Shown piece after piece: positions 41,925-54,489 of a DNA stretch of 64,000 nucleotides. Every line of letters begins with the position of its first letter. Within the stretch, counting starts at the first letter, position 1. The translations under genes were made by a program, and so were the position numbers. Below the pieces are notes generated by a model. It was not told the DNA's origin and did no database searches. It was given only the letters and a program-made list of their open reading frames with translations. Origin of the DNA: Chrysomallon squamiferum (lineage: Eukaryota > Animalia > Mollusca); contig CM022670.1 in the NCBI GenBank assembly GCA_012295275.1, positions 36,208,001-36,272,000 on the forward strand. The letters are read 5' to 3'.

Positions 41925-44900
41925 GAAAGATGTAGTGTTATATAATACTGACACAAAAATATTCACACAGACTTAAATGTATGCTCACTCACACACTAGC
42001 ACAAACATACACTACAGAGAAACAAAGTGTTGTACACACACACCATCATTATTTTCTTGTTACATATACATTCTTACTTATTTCAGAGTGTGAAGGAGGA
42101 AGCAGAAGTGGCTAGGTTGACTCGAGAAAGAGACGAACTTAAAAACTTGCTGGACAAGTTTGAGAGGCACATGGCTGAGGTTAGCAGTTCTGTTGTTAAT
42201 ATCAGAATAAAAACTTCATAATTTAATATGTCAGTTGAGTCACTGAGAATAAAGCATAAAATACAATCTTCAAGGTTTTTTTGCAGTTTCTCAGAATTGA
42301 AAGAAAACCACTGTGTTGTTGCCAAACTATCAGAGCTTACTGTTGAGGAAAATACAGTTTCATTTAATTACAAAAGAAAATACAAATCCTATGGAATTCA
42401 CTTTCCTAAATTTTATTCTTAATTTGAAAATGCACAAATAAAGCATTCTACCTTATTTGTTTTAGAGATTATATCTTCAATTTTAATTTTAAAATGTTCG
42501 TAATACATTAATGGTGCCTGGGACTTAAAATATGTTATAATATAATGTGTTAGTATATTTACCTGAATTTCAGATCCAAGCCAATGTTAAAGTTCTTACA
42601 TCAGAAAGAGACAGACTGAACAGTATGTATGAAGAGGTGAGTAATTATGTTGACATGATGAAATTACCAAGTAGTTCTGTGGTTAGAGGTCAGTGTGAGG
42701 CAGGAACTGTCTATGACTGGCTCACTTCTTCTCACTGGCCTCCCTACCCAACAGCTGTTTGATCAGTTATTCTGTCTTTGGGGAGAAGCATATAATCAGT
42801 AAAAAGTAGACCACTTTTCAGCAGCTGTTCTTTCTTGTATTGTTCCTAGCCAGATCAATGACACCATATACATTTTTTTCTAAATATTTAGAATATGATA
42901 AAGTCAAATATTTCTTTCTTTCTTATATTATATGTATACATATATTTATGTATATACAGACACACATACAAACATGTACATTTAAAAAAAAAAAATGTTC
43001 CATTGTTATAAACCAACCACTTTATACAAAAACACACACGGACACGTGCATTAAAAGATGCTAAATTGACAGTAGTGATATAATTCTAAAGACAGAAAGT
43101 ATTACAATTTACAGTTCAGTTCAGTTGTTTCAAGAATTTAATCTGTTATGTTTATTTTTGAACTAATTTTTCTGAAGACACAAGAAGAACTGATGAGAGT
43201 TAGAAGAGAACTGGTCGCTTCTCCCAAGTCTCCGAAAACATCGCTGGCAGCCCAGGCTGTGTTACGCCGTGTCGAAAATGAGCGCGACGATGCCATCGCA
43301 GACCTCAGAAGAATGTGTACAGAGAGGGATAGTCTGAGAGAAAGACTGAAGGTAAAACATTTCAGCTTTTGTTAATTAAAAAATTCCACTAATTTAGTTA
43401 ACTGAGACACCGCTAATAAGATATTTTAATAATTCAGTTGTTTGTTTTATCTTTATTGTTATTTGTTTGCAACATTGTTTTATAAAAGAGGTAATAAAGA
43501 ATTAATGTTGATTACAGATAATTACCTTTACTGATGATGATTGATGACTTTGTTTTTTCTAGATTGCCACTGAAGCTTCACTGTCTGACAGAGCTAAACT
43601 GGAGCAGAAGATTGAAGATTTAGAAAATACTTTACATACAGTATGTCTGACCTTTCTCTTCATTTCTGCTGAAATGTTTTGTTAAAAAACCAAACCCTCT
43701 CCATATAATTTTCATCATTTTCAGTTGACATACAATGTTCAAAGTCAAGAGATTACTACTGAAACATTCTTTAAGACATTTTCTTGAATAATTATAAAAA
43801 AATTCATTTTTCTCTTTTATAGATCCTGTTATATGGATAAGAAAAATAATAATAATAAAAAAAAAAATTTAGGATGCCAAACAACTAGATTTTGTTTCTT
43901 CTGATAATTAATTCCATTTTTTATTAATATCATCATTATTATTTAATTTTGTATAAATTCAAAAAAAAAGGTTTTAGAGATTTTTTCATACATTAAAAAT
44001 ACTGTTAACATGAGTGGGTTTTTTTCTGAGAATATGTTTTCTCATTTCATCTTGTCTATAATATTGTGATGTTGTTGTAGCTGGATGCCGAGCGCACTGA
44101 GCTGAGTCTGAGACTGAACAACTTGAAGGACGACATGAAGATAATGGAGGAGCAGATAAAGGACACGTCTGTCAAACTGAGTGAGGCTCTGGAGGAGGCA
44201 TCACGCAGCAAGTCTCAGGCCATGCAGATGAAGTGAGCACTGTTATTAATAATAAATTTCATATACGTCTTGTTATTTATTCTTTTTTCCTTTTTTTAAA
44301 TTCATAAAACCAATATTCAATATTATTATTGGATAAACACAAATATGATTAAAAGATTTCCCATCAGTAATATTGAGCAAAAGTAGTTAAAATTTGTCAG
44401 TGGATGCAAATTCAAATTAACACTAAAAAACTCAAACAGATGTTAAAACAAGTCAAATCAGTAATAGTATGTATGAGAGAAAACTGATTTTTATATTGGT
44501 ATATAGAAAAAAATATACATTAAAAAATATCAAATCATCTGTAACCTACATGAGAGAAAAATAAACATTTCATAATAGTATATGTTAATGAAAAATAAAT
44601 ACAGAAAGACATAAACATGGTTTAAAAAAAAAAAAAAAAGAGATATTATATGTGAGAGAAAATAAACATTTAGGAGATTTACTATAAATGTAAATATGAA
44701 GATTTATTTATTTATTTATTCATTTATTCATTTTTATTCATTCATTCATTCATTCATTCATTTATCTGACAGGATGCTGGCTGAGGAGGCTGAGAAAGCT
44801 CTGGAGGAAGCTCAGCGACGTCTGAGTAGACGAGAGTCTGAGCTGCAGTCTCAGGAAGAGCGCGCCGTGTCTCTGGAAGAGCAGTTGTCCGAGACTAACC

Positions 44901-47900
44901 GAGCTCTCACACTGGTCAGGGATGAGAACAGTCAGATGAGGAGTACCATCAGCTCACTGGACAGGGAGAAGGACTCGCTGCAGTTGACCGTGGACGAGAA
45001 GACTGAAAAGCTGGCTCATCTTAACAATGAACTGCATGGAAAGGTTTGTGCGTTTTTTTTTTAAATTCACTCACGATTTTTTTAAATGATTCTGTGATGT
45101 AAGTGTTTTATTTATTTCCCCAGTTTTATTTTTAAAAATGGTTGTTACTGCTGATTTTATTTATATATTTTTTAAATTAATTAAATCATTTTTTTTTTTT
45201 TTTACTTATAATATTATTATATGGTTTAATAAATAAAATAAATTAAAAGTTGTAAAACTCTTTTAAGAGATATATAAACTTCATGACACTAAAATCTGTG
45301 TTTTTTCTTTTAATAGATTTTATTTATTTATTATTATTTTATTTTATATCCATCATTTTTCAGGAAAGACATATAAGCGATTTGAAAATTAGAGTTTCAG
45401 AATTAGAAGCACAGTTAGAGTAAGTAGTAATTATTTTTTTAATTATATACAAACAAAGAAACTAATGCATTATATTCTCAGAAAACAACGCTAAAATATG
45501 CGACTTACATGTAAAACATTTTTATTCATCATTCAGTCTTACTTCAATCCTCTATTCTGTATGGTATGTTTCAGATATTCAGGTAAGTTTTAGCCTAAAA
45601 AGCAGTGAATGCATTAACCCATTAGGACCTTTTATTTTTTCATTAAATGCTGATACGACAGCAGTAAAAAGATAACTACTGTTATTTTTTTTTTAAATAC
45701 ACCAGGATATGAAACCTTCTTGGTCAAAAGGTTAAATATGAAATTACAATCTATGTGCAAAAAAAAAAATGATTTTTGTTGTAATTATTTTACATGACTG
45801 TATTGTTTTTAAACAGACATGCCAATGACAATCTATGTATGAAGGACCGAGAACTGAAGAGCATGCGCAGACAGCTGGATTCCACAGGAGAAGACCTGAC
45901 TGAAACAAGCCGCAGCAAGGACATCGCACTCAGGGAGAACCGGCGACTCCAGGACGATCTGGCTGTCATGACAAAAGAAAACCAGGTACACTAGATTATC
46001 AGACTTGTATTTTGTTTAATTTATATAACTCAACATACATCTTGGTAATTTATGACAAAAGAAAACCAGGTACACTAGATTATCAGACTTGTATTTTGTT
46101 TAATTTATATAACTCAACATATATCTTGGTAATTTATGTCAAAAGAAAACCAGGTACACTAGCTTATCAGACTTGTATTTAATTCAATTTATATAGTTCA
46201 ATATATAAATTGGTAATTTATGACAAACGAAAACCAGGTACACTAGATTATTAGACTTGTATTTAATGTAATTTATATAGTTCAATATATAAACTGGTAA
46301 TTTATGACAAAAGAAAACCAGGTACACTAGATTATTAGACTTGTATTTAATTTAATTTATATAATTAAATATATAACTTAGTAATTTATGACAAAAGAAA
46401 ACCACGCACATTGGCTTTTTTGACTTGTAGATCGTTTAATTTATATAGCAACAGATATAGCTAGGTAATGATTTTAATAAAATTAGTTTACATTTGATAG
46501 AAAAATCATAATATAAAGATTATGGTTTGAAATGCACTGAATTTTAATGAAGTAATTCATTCCACAGTCATATTTATAAAGAACAGTATTATCTAACATT
46601 GACATGTATGCAAATAACTATTTTTTTTACTTTGTTGTAAATGAGAAAATAACAGGATCCAAACAAAATTATTTGTTATGCTGGTTCACCTGGACAGGGA
46701 TCATTTTTCACTTTCTGTTCCTTTGTTTTGTAGACACTGAATCAAGAATTACAGGAATTAATGGAGGAGAGAGAATCTCTCAAGACTCAAGTCCAGGAGT
46801 ACATACTGGAAGTTAAAAGAACTGAAGAGATCCTGGCAGCTAAAGTAAGTTTGTATAGCTAAAATAGTTTTAAATAATCAGTTGATCTCTCAGAATATGT
46901 TGTGCCTCTACTTTAAATTAATTGTAACAGTTTCAATTTGTTTTAATGTTACTTAATGCAGAAATTCAAATTTTGTTTTTAAAGGCAGTAGTATCAATGT
47001 GTCATGTTTTATAATTCACCTTCATTCTGACTGATTTGATTTGAGTAATATCTGGGTTTTTTAGGTATTTGTCCTGCTGTTTAATTGTTTTACTTACTAA
47101 TAATTAAAGTTCTTAGTTTTTGTTTCCTTACCTAATGCATGCTAACACTGTATTTCAAAGATAATTTAATAACATTTACAACCAAATTAATTTACAAAAA
47201 AAATTAAAATAAATAAATAAACCAACTAACAACTAAAACGTAACAGATATTGCTGAAGAAGAATGTTGGCTGTCAAATCAATTTTGTGTTATTATTTTTT
47301 TCCAGGAACAAGAACGTTCAGATCTTCTAGAACAGTATCGCCGTCTGTCCATGGAGGCTGAACAGTATCAAACTACCTCACATCAGCTGGAGAGCGAGGG
47401 ATCCAATCTTCGTCTGGAGGTCATGACCAAAGACTCTGAACTCAGACGATACAGGGACAAGAATGAAAACCTGGAAAGAGAGATACAAGAGGTATTTATA
47501 TGTTTATAGAAGAAGTGTTATGTTATGTGTAAAAAATTACAAAACATTTTTTCATTGAACATTGTTATTAAGAAAAATTTAAACAAATATCTGTTATTGA
47601 TTTAGAAATTTATCCAATCCATTTTTGATTTGTCAAAAAAAGAAAAACATTATATTGCATAAAGAAATACATGATATATGTTTCTACAGTAAATACAAGA
47701 ATATAAGACATTTGTGTAAATTACACTAGCTACATAAGATTCATTAAACTTTATCTGTTTTATGTGCATGCTTCTAGTTTATATCAGCTTATATCAAAGA
47801 TGTTATAATGTTTTCTTTATTTTATTTTTTTCAAATAGCATCTTCAAGTGCAGCAGGCTTATGAAATTCAGGTGTCGAACCTGACTCGCTCAGTGGCTAA

Positions 47901-50333
47901 TCTGGAGGAGAACTTGCGGCAGTCGGAGGAGGAGAAACAGAATGTCCTCGCTGACTTGACAGCTGTCAGAGAACTCTGCAGTAGACTAGAGACAACCAAA
48001 GAGACGTTACAGAGACAGTTGACATCTGCACAGCTTGACAGAGAACAGGTACAGACAGACAACTTCATTTATAATATTTTTTAAAAAAAAAAAAAAAAAA
48101 AATAAACACATTAGCACCATAGTTTTTGTGGGTAAATTAGTTTTTTCTATGTTTAGTTATGATGTGATGGTAAAATATAACAGTTATGTTGGAGTTCCTA
48201 AATGTTTCCCATGAATCTGGAATGAACAATAATGATTAAGCTTAAGAAAAGATTTTGTTTCATGAAAATACTGTTTAACAATAGTATTGAATTAATCACT
48301 AATATATGATGAATAATCAGTTCTGTTCATTGTGTTTATTTACTTATACTCTTTATCTAAATTGTTTATGAAAATGTTGCACATTTATAAAATAATTAAA
48401 ATATTTATTATGTTGTTTTTGTGTTTCTCAACCTGTAGTTACAGAGCCAGATTGAAGATCTGCAGCAAGAGGCTAATCTGCTGAAGAACCAGCTGTCTTC
48501 CGAACGCTCCAACAACAAGAATCTCGAAGGTCTTCTACAGAACAACCGCGAGAAGGAGTTCCAGTTTCAGCTGTCTCTGCAGGAGAAGGAAGCTGAGGTT
48601 CAGATGTTGAAAGACAGGCTCAGTCTGAATGAGAGCAAAATGTAAGCAACATCATGAATGATTTGTGTATTTAGTTCATTTGTGCTGAGGACTAAGCTGT
48701 AGTTTTGTAGTTTTATAAGTAATTTGGTTCTGGGAGAAAGAACATGTTATAAAGAAGAAAATACAACTGCAAGAATTACATGAACATCATGAGAAATAAA
48801 ATAATCGTAATAATTCTTTTTTTAAAGTAATATATTAATACAGCCAATCTGTGATGTACACAGTCAGGAAAACAGACACACTTAATGCAGTCTATTTTTG
48901 TCTGTTTCTGAATACAAATTATCTTAAAATTATTTTTAAATTAATGTATACACAAAATGAAAACAGTTTATGTTTTAATTTTAATTTTATTTTTTTTTGT
49001 ATTTTACAAATATTTTATTTTTTACAAAAGTGAATAAAAAAAAAAATTAGCAGTGATAGAAAAATGCACTAATCTGTTTTTCATTTTATTTTTCTTTTCT
49101 TTTTTTTTTCTTTTTGTTGGGCTTCTTTTCTTTTATTATTATTTTTTCTTGAATACCAGATTATCTACGTTTTAATTAAATTAAAAATATTATTTCTTAC
49201 AGTCAGAGTCAGAGTAGAGAAATAGCCTCGCTGAGAACGAGGAACGTTGAACTGGAAGGTGACGTGGAGAGACTTAGACGCCAGCTCACAAACGAACGTT
49301 TTGAGAGGTGAGCAGAAATTTCATAAACTCATTTAGATCTAGTTTAAGATTTTATTTAGTATTTTTAGTTAAAATGTAAAATTTTAATAAGAATCATATC
49401 CGGTTAAAAGGGTCTTATTTGTATAAGGACTTTAATGTTCCTTGAAACAACAAATTACATAATTCTTCCAGTACATTTTAATGTCAAATAGTTTTGAAAT
49501 TATTTTTGGTAAATATTTATTTCTGTTTAAAAATAAAATATCCTTTTAAAATAGAAATTTATAAAAAGCAAAACAGTTATCTATGACAGACTGAAATGCA
49601 TACAGTAAGACAAAAGTTTGTCAGTTTCTAACTGGAAGGAATTTTGATCAAATATATTAATCCCATTGAATTTAGTTTTTAAGACATTTTTTGATGTTTT
49701 CTTTAGGGAGCGAGCAGTTCAGGAAATGAGACGTCATGGTATTTCCCCACCAGTTATGATCTCTGAGTTTACCAGTTCATCTCGGATATCTAGGTCATTT
49801 AGTCCAGCAAGGTCACGTTCAAGGTCAAGATCTCGATCACAGAGTCCACCCAGGTGACTAATAAACAAATTTTGTTTTTTCCAGTGGCACCTGTAACACA
49901 AATAATGTGATTATATTATTTCAACATGACTTATTTTGTTTCTTTGTTGTTGTTTTTTTGTTATTAAATACATGTGTACATTTCAGGTAATACAGATTAA
50001 AAGCACTTTTTATTTATATAAAATATATTTTAAATATTAATTGAAAAATTATTTGCACAACAATTTTTTTTTTTTCTTTCTTTCTTTCTTGGTTAGACCC
50101 CATATATAATTTTATTCTGGAGCATTTTTCTTTATTATTATTTAATTTTATTCTATTATTATTTATTATTTTAAATAAATAAACATTACGAATTTTGCTT
50201 ACGTCAGAAATGTTCTGTTTTCAGATACAGAAGTCCTGAAATATCCTTACTGAGTTCCTTGGGACGACCACGAACACCAGACAGAACCAGAGACAGGAGC
50301 AGTCTGCTGCTTGGAATGGACGATGAATGTTGA
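23631..50333 (+). CDS. CEP135: Centrosomal protein CEP135 (BLD10), 24 coding exons, ~1269 aa
   Basis: Diagnostic N-terminus NIRRRLDQLGYRQPLGIESLPLVEKLFADLIHTTESL, plus DLKFLNNQY, VVQTPGGKKKNIPFRRQRM, DPYVADLLQVAD, LDGGRPSDV, HLNIQVDFLQ and the C-terminal LTNERFERERAVQEMRRHG. Exons: 23631-23946, 24543-24710, 25615-25841, 38554-38682, 38987-39202, 39619-39684, 40067-40217, 40636-40919, 41332-41457, 42087-42179, 42574-42636, 43178-43351, 43563-43640, 44081-44232, 44773-45043, 45364-45419, 45817-45985, 46734-46844, 47306-47491, 47839-48048, 48439-48641, 49203-49307, 49707-49853, 50225-50333. All are GT-AG and they sum to 3810 nt. Confidence 0.95.
24063..24202 (+). repeat. Imperfect direct duplication of ~50 bp, 90 bp apart
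   Basis: CATTTAGATTT(G/A)ATA(G/A)TCTCTTTAAAAA..TAAACTAAAATT at 24063 and 24153. Confidence 0.8.
25115..25204. repeat. Perfect 34-bp inverted repeat around an (AT)n spacer in a CEP135 intron
   Basis: TTTATTTAAATGATCCATATTCAAAAACAAATTT (25115-25148) is the exact reverse complement of 25171-25204. Confidence 0.95.
27156..27257. repeat. (TTTA)n/(TTTG)n microsatellite
   Basis: Direct reading. Confidence 0.9.
28073..28129 (+). CDS. Candidate alternative exon inside the large CEP135 intron (VALEFSYQMLRRRNGSKYQ)
   Basis: ttag|57 nt, open in phase 0|CAG-GTAACT donor. The acceptor is weak (GT-rich rather than pyrimidine-rich). Confidence 0.35.
37928..38400 (+). repeat. 33-bp minisatellite (AGTAAGGAATCTATTATTATTTTACCAATTAGC), roughly a dozen copies, degenerate at the edges
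   Basis: Near-identical units start at 38053, 38086, 38119 and 38152. The repeat explains the repetitive ORFs 37927-38196(+) and 38019-38351(-). Confidence 0.92.
41869..41921. repeat. (CA)n microsatellite
   Basis: Direct reading. Confidence 0.95.
45968..46470 (+). repeat. 84-bp minisatellite, ~6 copies, starting inside a CEP135 exon and spanning its donor site
   Basis: Units ATGACAAAAGAAAACCAGGTACACTAGATTA... start at 45968, 46052, 46136, 46220, 46304 and 46388. Confidence 0.95.
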
Positions 50334-53300
50334 GCACAACACCAAAGTGTTACAGTCAGGATGTCCTGTAGGAACAAACAAATATAATTTTAAAAGTCAA
50401 ACCCCTGTGCTAAAATGGTGTAAAATACATTAAGCTTGGTTCTTGTGTCTCAACACTTTTATAAGTCTTTTGCCTGTAAAAAAAAAAAAAAAAAAAAAAC
50501 TCTGTTTGTAGGACATGAACTTTAAGGTGTAGAGAGGACTGAATAGTTTTGAAGATATATTATGAGATGGGGGTGGTGAGAGGTTTGGGCATTGTAGATG
50601 TGGATGGCTGGCTGTATTGTAATTGGGGATAACTGTTGGCTTATGCATTGACACAGTTTAGTGAATAATGTGGGTTTTTTTAAAAGGAAAGAGCATGGTT
50701 TTTTTTTTATGCTAGGAATGATCTATTTTTGGATAAACTTAAAGGGAGAATGCATGGCCATAATTTCACATTCTCAATTCATTTTATCAGAAAAGAAATA
50801 AAATAGGTTTAGAAACAGAAAATTATTGCTAACATTATTATTATTATTATTATTTTATTTTTTTTTTTTTATTTTTTTTTATTTTTTTTTAAACTGAAAA
50901 ATAAAAGATAAGTTATAAAGAGACTTTTTTTTAGAAGCAAGTAAGACAATGGACAATTCAAGAAAACAGGTGGGGAAAGATCAGAGTTGGACACAAGTGA
51001 TAATAACTAGATTAAAATTTATTTTTTTACATATATATTTATGGTTATTAGTGTATCATGATGCTGTGTCAGAGTATCTCTTCTTGTCATTTAATGTTGT
51101 AATCAGCAGAAAAGAGGAATTTATTGTCAATTGATTTTATATCTGCTGTTAACAAAAGAAAATGAATTGCCAAGAAGGTATTTTTATATTACTGATGGCC
51201 AGCCATTATCCATTGTATCTCCTCATACTATTTTTTCATTGGTTATTAAATTACTTTTTAACAGTGGCTGACGATATACAGATGGTCTCTGTGATAGGTT
51301 TAGCTGTGCAATCATGAACAAATTTGCTGTGTTTGTGATTTCTTATTATAAAATGCTTCCAATTAATTTTAATTCTTAATAATTTTAAATCCAAACTGAA
51401 TTGTAAAATGAAGTTATTTTATCAATATTTTTTTAAAAATTGTAAAATTTGTCTTGGTTATCATTCTATTCTTTTTAATACATTTTAAATTTTATTATTT
51501 TTATTTTACTTGGTTTTAACAGTATTGCCTGGAATTTAACAGCATTTCAGCATTCATACATTCCGTCCATTCCTCCTTTTTTGACATTTTGTTATTTTTA
51601 GACTATTCTTATGAATCAGAAGCTGACAAACTTTAAATTATAGTTACAACTCTAGTTTGCATCTTTGTTATCAAAAAGTGCTTACTCAATAAGCGTTTCT
51701 GTGATAAACTTTTTAAACTTGAAGACACAAAGAATAAAACCCTGCCAGTGTGTATTAACTCAGTGCAGGTGTTATTCCAGGATTACATCAGATTATAATC
51801 CGTCCATTTATTGTGAAGAGTAGTCGGTAGTTTTAAGGCTTATTTATCCATTTAAATACTTTGGAAGAGAATGTCAACTTTAAAAGCGATATTACCTGGT
51901 AGTCCTTCAGCATGAGAATTAAAGTGAACTGAAAAGATCCAGGTTTTCAGAAAGTTATGTTTAGATTTGAATCAGTTCAGTTTCTCATAGGTTCAAAAAA
52001 AGATTGGTTATAGTTGTGGTTCTCTAACAGTATTTAAATGGAATAACTTATCAATATTTATGTATGCATGTTAGAATTATATATATATATATATACATAA
52101 TAACCTGTATTTTTGATATTACAGTAATAATATTTATACTACATATTGTACATGTAACATAGCTGTGTATAATACATATAATTTATGATTTTTAATTCAT
52201 TTCCATAAATAGCTACTTTTATTAATGGATTAATTAGAGAAACATTCCTGCTGTAATAAATTACTATTTAATAAACTTTTTTCTAAGTAGTGTGGAGAAT
52301 AGTTTTGTAACATTAAAAGAAAATTTGAAATGGTTTACAGGACCAAGTGTGATGAATCATTTATATTTAACTTGTCATATTAGAATAATGTATTACTGAC
52401 ATCATGGATTTTTAATAAACATGTGTCCAAGGACTGTCTGCTTTTGTGCTATTTTTATTGTATTTATGTATTTATGCACTTATTTATCAATTATTATTAT
52501 TATTATTATACTTTTTAAATGCTGAATTCCTTTTTTTTTTCCTCATCAATTATTGAAACTAAGTCAGCTGCCCCACTTCAAAAAAAGATAAAACATTTTC
52601 AGAATCATGAACACCTTTTTATAAAAAAAATAAAAAAAAATAATAATGATAATTTTCTCACTCAAGAGATTTATTGTTTTTAAATTATAACAAATATTCC
52701 TTTATTCTCTGCATTTCTTTTGTTGTATTTGTTTTATGAGTTTTCCCCTAAAAAAGTCTGTAAACAATGAGGGTTTTGGAAAAAAAAACAATAAAAGAAA
52801 ACTAAGAAATCAAATTTATTTCCACTGATAAGGAAAAAACATGTATAAAACAATATATGCATACATTATAAAATACTGGTATGTGTTTCACTATAACATG
52901 CAGATCAAGAGATTTTATCATTTATAAAAAAAAAAATTAAATAAGTTACAAATAAATTCAACAAACTGAACAACAGTAATAATTACCTTCAAAAATAATT
53001 CAGATTTTAATTATAAGAAAAACCAATAACATACCAATATTTAAAAAATAAAGTGCAAATGTTTAAAAAAAACTTACCAGTCTTACAAAATTTTATCACA
53101 GTTTAAGGACAAGGTAATATTTACCAATGCTAAAAAAATTATTTTTATCATAGTGATTCCTAAGAAAAAACAAAATTAAAATGATATTTTATCATTAAGC
53201 TGATTGTATGATAACTGTTCATAAAAATGTGTTCTGTTTTAAAGTCTTTAAAAGTTACTGTTACAATCTGCTAAAAATTATCAGAAAATAAACATTGATA

Positions 53301-54489
53301 TAATATAATGTTCATCTTAAATACACTAATTGCTGCATGATTTTTGCGAATTTTCAAATGGAAATAATTTGCAATTCCAACAGATTGGCTGAATTTGTAA
53401 TTTTTCTGTGCATTTTATTTTAAATAAGTCAACCAGCATGTTTAATGGATATCTAAGAAATTATCAAACAATTAAAAGAACCAGAATAATTTTTAAAATC
53501 CTAGGCTAATTATGTGATAATTGGTTAATCATTCTACTGTTTTATTACTATACTTGTTCAGATGATAAGACTACAAAACATTTCCAATATCATACTTCTC
53601 AGTAAGGCATTTTATTACAAAAGCAAGACGCAATTGTTTAAAATGACACTTAAGCTTAATATTATTATCTATTCATAAATCTAATATTTAAAAAAACTAC
53701 ATTCACTTTTAATAGAAAAAAAAAATGAATAAAAATAAATTAACACATCAATAATAATTTACAAATTATCAAATGAGTCAGATAAAATGATGGCAACAGT
53801 TTCCTTTTTCTACTAGTTGTTTCCATATAACAATAATTAAAACAAAAATGTCAATAAAACAGTATTTAAAAAATACTCATTAATTTAATAAAAATGCAGT
53901 ATATGCCAGCTACAGACTAGCAATCATTTTTTGCAAACACCGAATGAATACATTTCAATTTTCATTTTGATGACATGATAACCATTTGAAATGATTACAT
54001 AATGAACATAATAAAAATCCAGGACACAGGCTTTGGAATAAAGTTTCCAGGAAAAAAAGAAGATGTGGAGATTAACAATAAACAAATGTAAAACTATTTC
54101 AAATAATTAAAAGTTGATCACCTTGATTGCATTTTTTAAACATTTCCCCATTGTAACACATTTCTTCAATGAGGAACAACAAAATTAAAAATTATAGTCA
54201 TTAAATCCTTACTTAACCAGGTCCAGCTGAATAAAGAATATCTCAATGAAAAGTTTTTCACAATAAATGGTAACACTGGTTAAAATTAAATTATATATGT
54301 AAACATTTATAAAAATGATATATGCTTGCAGCAAAAATGCAGTATAAAGTATTTTGCTCTTACATAGAGGATTTTTTTTTTTTAAGTTAATAAAATAAAT
54401 AAGCATCAGTTTTCTGAAGAATAAGCAATCAGCACCTTAAATGTTAACTGATGAAAACAAAACAGATAAATTCTGCGTTGAATATTGTT

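Noticed and set aside
45968-46470. CRISPR-like regular repeat array
   Set aside because: Whole units are repeated with no unique spacers, the context is a eukaryotic intron, and there are no cas genes.
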